A stretch of DNA of 62,933 bases, the filler included, from Sphacelaria rigidula (lineage: Eukaryota), in the NCBI GenBank assembly GCA_964200075.2. It is 10 parts of 10 records of this genome, joined end to end, with 100 filler letters (N's around TTAATTAATTAA, not from the genome) between each part and the next. Parts side by side here need not be neighbours in the genome. Positions count along the whole stretch, not along the records: positions 50,428 to 56,630 come from CAXNAA020021536.1; positions 56,731 to 62,933 come from CAXNAA020021537.1; 8 more parts are not named here. The stretch is one strand, 5' to 3'. Shown here piece by piece: positions 51,601-62,933 of the stretch. Positions within the stretch are counted from its first letter, which is position 1. Each line of letters begins with the position of its first letter. The translations under genes were made by a program, and so were the position numbers. Under the pieces are notes generated by a model that saw only the letters and a program-made list of their open reading frames with translations, did no database searches and had not been told where the DNA came from.

Positions 51601-53027
51601 CCCTTTTGAGACGGAGCACCGTTCCTACTCGTAATAGAGATACCTCCGACATTCAGGTGCTCAATACATTTCTGCCAAACATTACGAGCCGGGTCGGCCG
51701 AGACGCGAACTTGTGGTTCGCAGACCTCATCTAGGCTCAATTTCGAGAGTTGGACATTCAAACTTGGTACGGAGGATAAATGGGCATGATACAAAACATT
51801 ACGGCAGGGCGGAAATATTTTTCTTATTTTTTCATGAGTGAATCGCAATAATCAACACCCAGTTCTCAGGATAAGAGCATTAACTCACGAAAATAAAAAT
51901 ATCCCTGTCCCGACATACTTTTTTCAATATTATTATGCCCTATTCATTCTCCGCACCAAATGTCAAAGCTCAACTCTCGAAATTGAGCCTACACGGGGCG
52001 TTTTAGAAACCGGGCCGGGCGAAAGTCGAAACAGTATTTTTCAGGCTATTTACCAATCAAAATAAACCAATCAATCAATCAATCAGTCACCGGCCCAGGT
52101 TTGGTACTTGTATTCTGAAAAATTGTGTGGGACCTCGCTAGCCCATTGTGAACTAAAAATAGTGGGACATGTTTTATAATTTCTTCACTTGTTTAGGACG
52201 TTTTAGTATAGTTAAGACAATATTTTCACGAGATGCCCATCTCTCTCTCAAAAACAAAAATGAATGCCTACTTCTTTCCCCTTCAGTATGCCTTTGCGAT
52301 TCTCCATTTTAAGTTTCAAATCACAATTTTGAAAATTGAGCTGAAAAACTGAGATAAGGTCCGAGAACATGGTCCATTTTTCCTTAGACTTAGAAAATGT
52401 TTTCTTTTTTTCTATTTTATCGTGGACTAGCAATCATCCATACCAAAGTTCAACGCACAACTCTCAAAAACTGAGACGCGATATCCAGATTTAGTACATT
52501 TAGTGCCTCTGCTCGTAGTATATTAGTTTTACCATGTAACCTCTCATGCGTCATATCTTGAGATAGAGAACGAATTCGGCGAAGATGAGGGTATCGATCG
52601 TTTCCCGTGCTCCAGGGAATGTCCACCCCAAAAATCGTCATCATCCGCTGTATGCATCGTTCGGAGTTTCATACAGACTCTAGTATGGACGCCATCTCCA
52701 TACGGTATAGGGACTATACTAGACATGGTGCTTAATCAACGAGGAAAAATTGCCCCAGACTTTTTAGCAGATGGACACCTGTCCCTTCATCAGGCGATTA
52801 ATATGATATGCGGATCACGGCCCAACTCGTCAGTGTCGATAAGATATTACTTTGAGAGCTCAAGCCTGCGTCTAGGCTAGCCCAGCTCGTACACAAAACC
52901 TTTACACATCTTATCCTCTTCCTCTTTCGCAGTCTAGTGGGGGTGGGGGGGGGGTGGGGGGTATGTAGAGCTCACAGCCTGCCCTTGAAAGGGCTCCTCA
53001 AGACAGCGCCATTTTTTTTCGGATCAA

Positions 53028-53145
53028 CCCTTTTGGAACCCATTGACGATTTTTGTTTTGTGAATCAGCATAATCTTCATTCATTCTCAAGTCAAAATGA
53101 TGCCGATTAAAAAAAACGAAAAATCGTCGATGGGTTCCCGAAGGG
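53028..53145. mobile_element. 118-bp piggyBac-type MITE
   Basis: CCCTT..GGAACCCAT.GACGATTTTT TIR; flanks TCAA and TTAA. Confidence 0.7.
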
Positions 53146-53338
53146 TTAATAGCTCGATTCGTTAGTACCTTAGGTTATGAGCGAGAAAACCCCGGAAAGT
53201 CAACAAAACAAACGGAAAGTCGACAAGAACAAAACAAAACAGAGCACATGTTGATAAAAAAAAAAAGAGAGATAAGATAAGATAATAACTGCACACATAC
53301 ATACATACACACACATATATATATACATGCACACACAC

Positions 53339-54055
53339 CTTCGCCCGCGCGCATGCACGCCGGGCAGCTCTTTCCTCTTCGGTGTCGCTCGCCCCTACCC
53401 TACCCCCGACTGCCAGCACAGCGACCGGAGAAAACTGTTTCAAAATAGCCATCCAACGTCGTTCTCGGGGTCCCGCTCGGTTGAAGCCCTCTCCCCCGCT
53501 TCCGGGACTATCATTCACAGACATCATCATAACTCGGCCGTCGAGAAAACTCCTGTCCGGGTCATTGACAATATCGGGGTGACTACTCTCGCCCCCCTCG
53601 TTGAAATTTTCGGGGTAATCTGCGGGAAAGCTTCCCTCGCCACTGAAGATACCGGGGTCATTTACATCCCGCGGAGAACCAACATCCACCTCTTTCAGCG
53701 GAGATGAATCTTCTTTGGCATCTTTCGTGGAGAGCGCGCGGTGGCGGCGGTTGACCCTGTGGCCGCCGGTGCGGAAGCTATTCGGTGTTTCCATGACTAC
53801 CGCGCCGCACTGGCCGCGCCACGTATCCGCACCCTCCCCCGCCGCCCGTGCCGCTGCTGCTTCTGCAGCTTTCGGGGCTGCCGCGGTCGCAGCCGCAGAA
53901 GCGACGATATCATTGCTTTCCCTTGCTGCTGCTAGAGTTATTTCGAGCGAGATTTGTTCCAGGGTCTCTTGGTAGCCGTGATCCAGATCATCATCGTCCT
54001 GGAGTATGACGTACGGGTCGTACACGCCTGATGCATGGAAGGCCAGCAGCAACGG
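53339..54055 (-). CDS. Long internal exon (239 codons) of an unidentified protein, Ala/Gly/acidic-rich
   Basis: tgacAG acceptor, AAG|GTGTGT donor, open in phase 0 with coding-like GC composition. Confidence 0.7.
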
Positions 54056-55959
54056 CTGTCAGAAGATTTTGCCCAGGGCGTGACGGGACAGGATGGGGGA
54101 AGATGGGCGCACAAGATGTACGCGCGGATGCATTGCGTACGGTGTCATAGATAGGGTGAGTCAGCGGCGTGGGTTTATTGATGAGGGTTGGGTCCTGGAC
54201 GCTAGGTCAGAATATCGTATGCGATACAGGATATCACCGGTACGCTACTTTGAGTACAACTCAGGTACCACCCCCAAGGTGATGACTTTTCGGCTATTCT
54301 TAGCAACCGCGTTGGTATTAACAGTACAGTGCGGTTCCCTCATTTTGCAGGGTCCTATTACAGTGCGGTCAGCAGCCGCTCGTCACAAGCCCGATACACT
54401 CTACAAGCATCAAGTAACTGACTGCACTACGCGAGTTTACAGCGGTTCGGAATCCCAAATAGTGCGATCATGCCGGCCTGATGACTCATCCATCGCACAC
54501 TGGTAGGGTGACACCCTCAATGTCACGTAAAATGGTGCGTTGCATACCACCCCCACTCGCCCCCCTAAACAACACTTCCAACTGATTTTCTTCTTTACTT
54601 TCAAGCCTCCATAATACTAAACCTGCAACAGCCGAGATTGAAATATGAAAATCAATATTGAAATCTAAGTCTCAACCCCAAAACAGTGCCTCCCTTCACC
54701 TAAAACTGATCATACTCAACGACTCTTTTGTCGGGCTAATGCCCCTCGGTCGCGTACGAACTATTTCAGCACCTGTCACCGACTATTCTGGAAGCCAAGG
54801 TTACTGAGCAAAAGCTTCATTTGTGAGTTTAATTCATCACCTCACAATCAGGGCACAACGACCACGCCATTGCCCAGCACTGTAAACTCTTCCACAGTCG
54901 GTACAAGGTGCTGGAAGAGTTTGCACGCGATCAAGAGGCATTAGGCCGCAAAAAAAAAAGACGTTATTGGGCATGATGAGCGTTCAAGGCCATGGGAAAG
55001 CACTGTTTAGGGGTTGAGATTCATCTTTCGATTTCGGCTGTTTCGTGCTGTCACAAACCGCAGTGAGTTCGTGTGTCGCCTCTCAACGGAAGCGAAGCGC
55101 TGTCAGGTGCAAGGAATGGTGCGTAAAGTGCCACTTGTATCATGAGGGTGACACCCCTCCCGGAGCAATGTCGCAATAATTTGCATGAATATAGCGTACG
55201 ATGATCGTTCAGTAGCGTGTTTGGGTGCGACAGCAGCAGCAGCACCACCAGCAACAACAAAACCATCATTTCAAGGATCCGACAAATTAACGATTCGTTT
55301 GGAAATTACCTGATTTTAGTGTAATTGATTCTTACCGTACGAATTAATCCTTAGGCTTCGTTTTCAGCGTCTCAATCCAGGTACGCGCAGCCCAGGCAGG
55401 TGGAATGGCGCAAAAATTGCGTCAAGACCTTTTTGATCAGCAGTCGACTTTTTTTTCTCTCTTTTGAGCAATCACGCCTAAGAAATCGTGGATTTGATGA
55501 TTCGAACGGGCGACGGTTCTTCCGAACCGTGCAACATTCCACACCCTGGACAACATATTATTTTGTAAAAAAATGCACTGCGTACAGTATGGAATCAACT
55601 GTCTGGTCCAATAGGCGCAATAATCGATACTGTACGCAGTACACTTTTGACTGTATTCCATTGTCCAGGGTATGCACGATTCTGCCAGCGCGACGGCAAC
55701 AACAACAACGGCAAAATCTCTCTCGTGTCAATCATAAGCCATACACAGACCAACCCTTTGGAGACAAACCTTGAGGGCACGAAGATCATCCACCGTTCCG
55801 ACGGCGAGCAACACCGCTTCTCGACTCGACGGCATCAGGCACTCCCAAGGCAACAGTTCGCTGCCGGGCACAGAGAACTGATCGCGCGGAAACCCCCAAC
55901 GACCGCGATAAAGGGAGAGACAAACCACGACGGTAGCATATGGGGGGATGGGGGGGGGG

Positions 55960-56035
55960 TACTCATTTGTTGCTTGCCTTAGTCGTTCGACCATTGACGA
56001 CACACCCCTTTCGAGACGGAGCATGGGGGAATGGG
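55960..56035 (-). repeat. Interspersed repeat shared with 6790-6870
   Basis: tgctcc.tctcgaaaggg...tcaatggt..aacgactaaggc.agcaacaaatgagtac present in both contigs. Confidence 0.75.
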
Positions 56036-56730
56036 GGCGGGCAAGGGGGAAGCGAGCTCCGCCTTACACCTGGTCTGCTTGGGCTGTGCGCGGAGGTGTG
56101 CTAAACGTTGCCCAAAATACCACTTTTCAGCATAACTACCGCCGCGCTCCCAGGTGACTGCATGGTTTCGTGTGGACTATTCGTGTATGACATATGCCCC
56201 AGCGTTTGTGCACCAACTTATCCATCGAGACCAAGCTCAGACACCGCCTCCTCCGTCGTATCTCGTTGAACCATCCTCTCCTATCCAAGTCCTCCAGCTT
56301 GCAACGACGAAGACTAGATTCTGCTCACAGAGATGTAACGAACCCGTCAGGATCCAATCCCCCACAACCTTTCGCCCCAACTAGCTTTCTGACGGTAGTA
56401 TAAACCTTGATCACGGCAGTGCTTTGTAACACCGCCAGCCAGCCCCCCCCCCCCTCCCCCCCCCTCGCGGTTGGACACCCATGAGGCAGCGAAAAAGCCG
56501 TGGCTATCTCTGGAAGTGGCGATACCACGGAATGAAGCAACTCCTTGTTGGCTGTCACCCAAATGCAAGATAATCAATAGGCTTCGGGCCGAACAATCTT
56601 CGCAGGATGCAGCTCACCCTTCATGCGACTNNNNNNNNNNNNNNNNNNNNNNNNNNNNNNNNNNNNNNNNNNNNTTAATTAATTAANNNNNNNNNNNNNN
56701 NNNNNNNNNNNNNNNNNNNNNNNNNNNNNN

Positions 56731-56731
56731 C

Positions 56732-56816
<85 letters not shown>

Positions 56817-56913
56817 GCAACAGCAACAGTCGTAGTAGGCAACAGCAACAACAACAACGGTAGCAGTAACACAGCAGCAGCAGCAGCAGCAGCAACAGCA
56901 ACAGCAACAACAT

Positions 56914-56948
<35 letters not shown>

Positions 56949-56957
56949 CAGACAACC

Positions 56958-57002
<45 letters not shown>

Positions 57003-57025
57003 CCCAGCAGCAACAACCAACAGCA
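56731..57025 (+). repeat. (CAA)n/(CAG)n microsatellite; degenerate continuation at ~57670-57910
   Basis: Seen directly. Confidence 0.95.
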
Positions 57026-57420
57026 CACCGCGGCGGCACGGCAGAAACTTCCAGGAGAGGAGGATCGGTCCTGAAAAAGTTGGTTATGAAAGGTGCTGTC
57101 GTTAATGGAGGCAACCGCAGTACTGGACAGTACGGGCAGCCGCGGGTTCAAAACGTTTTATTTTCAATTCCCGGCCAACCCATACACACAAATAGTAACA
57201 GGTGAGATCCCGACTAAAATGGATGAAAGTATGCAGGGGAAGCCACTCTACTGTGCGGGTAGGCCCCAACAGCGAACAACGTCTCGTCACCACTAAAAGG
57301 TGCATTTCAGGGGAACAGACGCGTGGGGACCTCGGTGTAACAATTTAGGCACACAAGGTGATGACAATCGTTAATCGGTAAAAACTCATGTGGTCAAAGT
57401 GGGGCACCGTACATGCAGCG

Positions 57421-57480
57421 GAGTGGGAAACTACGCGAGTGGGAAACTACGCGAGTGGGGAACTAGTGGGAAACTACTCG
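57421..57480 (+). repeat. 16-bp minisatellite GAGTGGGAAACTACGC (about 3.5 copies)
   Basis: Seen directly. Confidence 0.85.
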
Positions 57481-58560
57481 TGACTTTACATACATGCCGG
57501 TGTAAGCGGCATTACGCGCACATGAGGGCCAAACAGGCAGTGCGATAGCCAGCAGGGTACAACTACCCATGGGCGGTGAAGTGAAAAAAACCGCGACGCC
57601 TCAGGCGGGACAGGAACTGCAGAGGAGCATCACAAAATTGCATTGTTCTCTAGGCGGCACAGTCACCACACAGCAGGGTAACAGTCAGTACAGCGGCAAC
57701 AGCCGCAGCAACTGCAACATGAAAGTTTATAGTGGCCACACAAGCGACAGCAACACAGCAAAGCAGCAGCACAATAACAAAAACAAAGGACAACAACGAT
57801 CTGCAGCAACCAATACAACGGATAGCCACAGACGGTAGCAGTAGCAACACACAGCGGCGGCACGGCAGCGACGAACAGCAGCACACAACAACAGCGAAAA
57901 CCACAGCAACAGTTACGACGCGGCTGCACAGCTTCCACAGCTGTCTGAAGCCTGATGTCCCGAAACGCCCCGCAGTATTTTTTTACCCTCTGGTTCGCGG
58001 AACTCGTGCAATCTCGTTCAACCGTATTGCCTTTAATCAATTGTTTTGCCTAGGTTATTTCACTTTTGCTTTGGACGTCTGCAGTGGCGTGCTGATGAAC
58101 CATCCCGGATGTGCTTGTGCATAAAGCCGTTGGAGGCGCACTGCGTGGGTTGCATGTAACGAAGTGCAATGCGGCGGGTACGGTGCACAGGGCACCCACG
58201 GGGCAAAACAAACTACATAGCCCACGCTCAACTATTTATGCTCAACGTGCGTATGGTAGGTAGACAGAACAAAAGAGTGCGAAGAGCCGAAGCAGCATAC
58301 CATCATAGTACACTGTATATACTCTCCAGACATCCCAGTGACACAAAGTGTGAACTTCAAAAGCACTGTCTACTACGTGCTGAATGATGTTTCAGGTAAG
58401 ACACACTGTGGACACTACAATTTGTGAACAGGCACACTATTTACTCTATATAAAACAAGTAACATTTCACCTGGTGCGACCAACACGCCAGCGAACCCTC
58501 CCCTCCGAAGGTTTGTGGTCGGAGCATGCCAGTGTTGACTCTACACAAGCAAGGGTTGGA

Positions 58561-59030
58561 CACCATGTCATGGTACGATACTTACTACCTGGGTAGGAAG
58601 ATGCCAGTTCAGTGGGCACCGCGGCTAGCAGGCCCAAACACAGCCTTTAGTATCGAAACCATTGAGTTCGATGTTATCGAGTGCAAAGTCAGCCACCGCA
58701 CCAGTGGTCAGGTGGCATGTCATGAACCGCGCAGGCTGCAGCACAACATGTGTTGCATGAAGGTCAGGCTTACATTTTGTGGAAACCCGAGTTCGATTCT
58801 CGGATTGGTCACCATGTCATGGTACGATACTTACCACCTGGGTAGGAAGATGCCAGTTCAGTGGGCACCGCGGCTAGCAGGCCCAAACACAGTCTTCAGT
58901 ATCGAAACCATTGAGTTCGATATTGTCGAGTGCAAAGTCAGCCACCGCACCAGTGGTCAGGTGGCATGTCATGAACCGCGCAGGCTGCAGCACAACATGT
59001 GTTGCATGAAGGTCAGGCTTACATTTTGTG
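58561..59030 (+). repeat. Recent tandem duplication, ~220-bp arms, period 249 bp
   Basis: caccatgtcatggtacgatac...cttacattttgtg at 58561 and 58810 with few mismatches. Confidence 0.92.
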
Positions 59031-59259
59031 AAGACCAGAGAATCCTCTGAGATAGCAGTCCCTGATGGCGTAGATGCCCTTGTATTATTGGCGTACAGGC
59101 TAACTTGTGCTTTGCTAGTTGAGATGCATGGTCCAAAACCGCTATGGCCCAAGAGGGCCGCCAAGTCAATCCAATCAAACAATGTAGTATGACCCATCAG
59201 GTACCAAGCATGACAAAGAATGACAAATGGAACCCAGTCGACTGGAACATGACCAATAA

Positions 59260-59800
59260 ATATGTAACAGTAGCTCTTGCTGCCGTTGCTGTACAGTATA
59301 CCCAACCGATCATCCCTCAACTGCCCCGAAAACGAGTTCGGGGTGCGCCGCTTGATATGTAAGAAACGAGTGATGCTACGATAGGGGTTGCACTTTTTGT
59401 TTCTGGGTCTCCTTTTTGTAGAAGCCTAAATATATGGGGCTTACTGTGCAACCCAAATCTTCGGGGACAGGACATGGAGATGCACACAGGGGCCTTTTCA
59501 TGAATCGGCATCATTTTCAGTCTTTTTCAAGTGAAAATGATGCCGATTCTCAAAATTATCCGTGCAACACACCGGGAATCATTTTCGCTCAAAAAGTGCA
59601 ACCCTATCGTAGCATCACTCAAACCTCTCGCTCCGATAACGCGAAGCTACCGTAGATCTGGTTCCGTTCCCTTCAACATATTTGGCGGAGATGATATGCC
59701 AAGCGCGGAATGTGGCACTCTGTCTGCATTGTACACCGTCGTGATAAGCAGTTTCCCCCAGAGAAAGATCGGCAAACTGCTGTCGGCGAGCAGGTTAGCT
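59260..59800 (-). pseudogene. Ty1/Copia integrase relic interrupted by a MITE
   Basis: LLADSSLPIFLWG...TVY..DRVPHSAL...G.EPDLR*LRVIGARG|FLHI...YSNGSKSY. Confidence 0.75.
59368..59620. mobile_element. Sola2-like MITE
   Basis: TIR GAGTGATGCTACGATAGGG(G)TTGCACTTTTTG; exact 4-bp TSD AAAC. Confidence 0.85.
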
Positions 59801-59960
59801 GGTATGGGCAACCGAGACAGAGTCTGCGTGTGCATTTTGGGGTCCTGTTCGGTATTTATTCTTGAAGTCACAAGACGACAGAATTTCGAACCAGCGTTGC
59901 ACCATCGCGTTGTGTTGTGCCATCTCGGCGATGTCAGCTGCAGCCCCATATTGTGATGTG
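59800..59960 (-). pseudogene. Gypsy RNase H relic
   Basis: AQHNAMVQRWFEILSSCDFKNKYRTG..NAHAD / LSRLPIP aligns with family A GEHNPRIQRWLDFL...NGNADLLSRLPLP. Confidence 0.65.
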
Positions 59961-61228
59961 AAAATGAGTTCCTCAACCAATTCGGCTGGTTCCCTGGCGT
60001 TGTCCATAGGAAATCAGTCAAACACGACCTTGACTAATATATGCAACTATTTTGAACATAGCCAGGTCGATTCAACTCGTATCAACGTACCACGGAAGCA
60101 TAGTGCAATGTATACTCGGTAAACCAACCGATCACTCCTTCGAATGACTGGTGTAGCGAGGATTGTACAGTAGCACCCAAAGGTTGCCACAGAAATTGGA
60201 CCACGAAACTTGATTGAATGGCTTCATTGGCCTCTGCCCTACGGTGTTGTTTGCAGAATAGGGAGGACAGTGCCGGGGGGGGTTGTCTTTCCTCTACCTC
60301 ACACCGAACGTTCCGCATATTATCATCTTCGAAGATTCTGAATGTCACCAACTTCAAGATATCGCGGTCAGATGTCACTCATGCCAACTCACATGCCAAC
60401 TTCAACTAATAGTTTGGCTTTTGATCCAGAAGCAGCACCTATTGTACGTCACAACATATCACAGCGACCAGAACGCAATGCAACAACCGGAATTGTCCAC
60501 TGACAATCTATCCGATCTTACAACAAATATTCATGGAGAAATTATCTTCTCCTAGTCGCCGGTCATGCCTATCTGGGATGCCGAGCAGTATGGAGTCAAG
60601 CTAAGATATGGGGTGGGGTGGGGGGGGGGGGGTGCTTTGGGCCACCATTTCTCCCACAACAAAGGATCCTGAAAAATGAGGTTGAACACTCAAATGGGGT
60701 TACAATCGCCTTTCAAAACGTCACACTCTACGCGAAACAGTTCTTCAAGAACAACGAACTGAGGATTATATTTATCTGTTGAAACTGCCCCTAGCTTGCC
60801 TTGTCGCGCATTGTTACTCCGGTGTCTAAAGCCATATGCATCAGTTTTCGTACACCCGCAACGCCTCTCACCAGGTGAGGGCGGATGCTCTTGCTGGCTT
60901 TCTTCGGGTTTCATCAAGCATTGCTGCGAGTTTTTCGGACTCTCTCAAATGATAAAAGAGTGAGTACTTTTATGAGAAGTAAAGTGCCGCCGTTGGTGTT
61001 TCGGAAAATAATTCCCGTTGGTGAAAACGTTTTATAGATGTGAAAAAATGGGAAATCTCGTAGGTGGGAAACTCCCTGCCCCTTGCGAATTTTCCTGGGA
61101 CTCAAAAACACTCCAGCATTATTTTCTCACAAGATGAGGGAATACGATTAATGAAGCGGCTTCCCTCAGCCGGTGAAAGCCGTTTTGAATGTACGTGCAC
61201 ACATACACATATATATATATATATACGG

Positions 61229-61945
61229 CTTGTTACGGTTTTAGACACAACCAACTAGACTACTGACCAGTCAGCGCTGACTAGGTCAGTAGTCTAGTTG
61301 GTTGTCTCTCAACCCGTCACAAAGCTAGTCGTGGGGGTTCGATCCCCGTCACTTTCACTCCGAGGAGGCGACTCCCAGCGCTCTATCGACTACAATCAGG
61401 ACCTCTAATGTTGTCCCTCTCACCGCACCCTTGAGTTACTCGTCTCCCCCACTCATTCCAGAGTGTGTGCACTGGGGATCTTAGCAGTACACTCCGAACA
61501 TAGCCACCAGGCTATACCCCACCCTTTTTCTTTGGGCCAATTGTTTTACAGAGGTTTTCTGTCCTCTTTTTTCTTCGAAGAATGTGCGTCCGACGGGAAT
61601 CGAACCAGCGACTAACTTTTGTTACGATTTAAGAGACAACCAACTAGACCACTGACGAGGCAGCAAAAGTTAGTCGCTGGTTCGATTCCCGTCGGACGCA
61701 CTTTCTTCGAAGGGAAAAGAGGACAGAACACCTCTGTAAAACAATTGGCCCAAAAACAAAAGGGTGGGGTATGGCCTGGTGGCTATGTTTGGAGTGTACT
61801 GTCGCTTTCACCGTATCCTAGAGTTACTCGTCTCCCCCGCTCATTCTAAGAGTGTGTGCACTGGGGTCCTTAGCAGTACACTCCAAACATAGCCACCAGG
61901 CTATACCCCACCCTTTTTCTTTTCGGCCAATTGTTTTCCAGAGGC
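61229..61945. mobile_element. Cluster of tRNA-derived SINE copies and fragments in alternating orientation
   Basis: A box T(A/G)GTCTAGTTGG and B box GGTTCGAT(T/C)CC; body sequence repeated at 61433-61660 (-), 61664-61800 (+) and 61820-61945 (-). Confidence 0.75.
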
Positions 61946-62933
61946 TTTCTCTCCTTGGGGCGCTTTAGACACCGGAGCAATGATGCTCGACAATGCAAGC
62001 AAGGGAAGGTTTCAAGAGACAAATAAGTTCCTCAGTTGAGTGTTCTTGCAAAGCAGTTCCACGTGGAGTACGACTTTTGGGAAGGCGACTTCAACCCCAT
62101 TGGAGTGTTCAATCTCAGCTTTCAGGATCCTGTTTTCCACGAAATTCCAGTTCAAATCGTTGTTTGAAGCAGCAACGGTTGTTCAAGCGTGCTTGTTACC
62201 GATACATGACGGTCGTTCATGGTGCTCGACACTGATGTTACCCAAATACAAGCGCACCGCAAATGTGTGAGGTCGTCTGGCACATCTATGAGCCTTGTTT
62301 TCGTGGAATCAAACACCCACCCTCATGACTCTATGTCAGAAGGTTGAAGTCTAATTCTGGCCCGCCATCCTATCCCACCTGCTCACACATTTTCGGATAA
62401 ACTGTCCATAAATGTCGAAACTTTCGAAAAAAAACAAGCGGATGATAATACAGTAGTAGTGGGCGGTCTACAGTAACTATGCCTTTTGTGACATTATGTG
62501 ATTTTTTCGTAATGAGCGATATTCTTGGGCTCTTTCCGCTTGTTGTTGTTGTTGTTGTTGTTGTTGTCTTCACATTCAAACGTCGTCCCGGTATCTGCGC
62601 AGTGCTGTACCGGGCATCTGACTCGGACGTCTTGCGTGGTCACAGGCTACCACCCCATGCTAGGGTAAAAGGAAAATCAGGAAATAAAATCGGACCCACG
62701 AAAAATTCACACAGACGCGATACGAGAAAAACAAAACAAAACGAAACAAAAAGGTGAAAAGGTGAAAAGAAAAAGAAGGAAGAAGAAACCTATCCTTGGA
62801 CCTCTGAGAAGACAGCTATGCGTATGCATAAACTAGGCAAACCAGAAAAGGCGACACATGACACCGCCCACCGCCTCGGAGGGGAGGGATGCATCGGAGT
62901 CAGCAGTTAGTAGCTTCAATCCTCTCCCTACTC

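Noticed and set aside
6205..56730. Regularly spaced TTAATTAATTAA motif every ~6.3 kb
   Set aside because: Artificial N-padded scaffold linker; any cross-contig gene cluster or synteny would be spurious
56675..57151. Poly-V/C/L/Q ORFs
   Set aside because: Translations of the (CAA)/(CAG) microsatellite; likewise the ORFs at 5737-6252 and 44073-44318

Overview
This window is not one locus. It is ten unlinked ~6.2-kb contigs (6204 or 6203 bp) joined by artificial N44-TTAATTAATTAA-N44 linkers, so neighbours across linkers mean nothing biologically. The DNA is eukaryotic, intron-rich and dense in transposons. Composition, intron style and element types suggest a stramenopile, probably a brown alga (inference only). 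Host-gene fragments: four spliced exons of an RGS-domain protein preceded by a hydrophobic segment (candidate 7TM-RGS), the first coding exon of a CDK (MDAYEKLEKIGEG), one sugar-porter MFS exon and one long exon of unknown function. Most of the rest is a Ty3/Gypsy lineage seen in four or five contigs, plus a second chromovirus-like Gypsy, a Copia relic, tRNA-derived SINEs and many TIR elements (mariner-, Sola2-, piggyBac- and ISL2EU-like). The most unusual signals are three. (1) The main Gypsy integrase appears to end in a chromodomain-like module followed by a conserved PWWP/Tudor-like module, seen in two diverged copies with mainly synonymous differences. (2) A head-to-tail tandem array of a 2072-bp doubly deleted derivative has every LTR flanked by both a PPT and a tRNA-Ser-type PBS. 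(3) A cluster of inverted SINE copies could form long hairpins. Domain calls are by-eye motif recognition; no searches were run.
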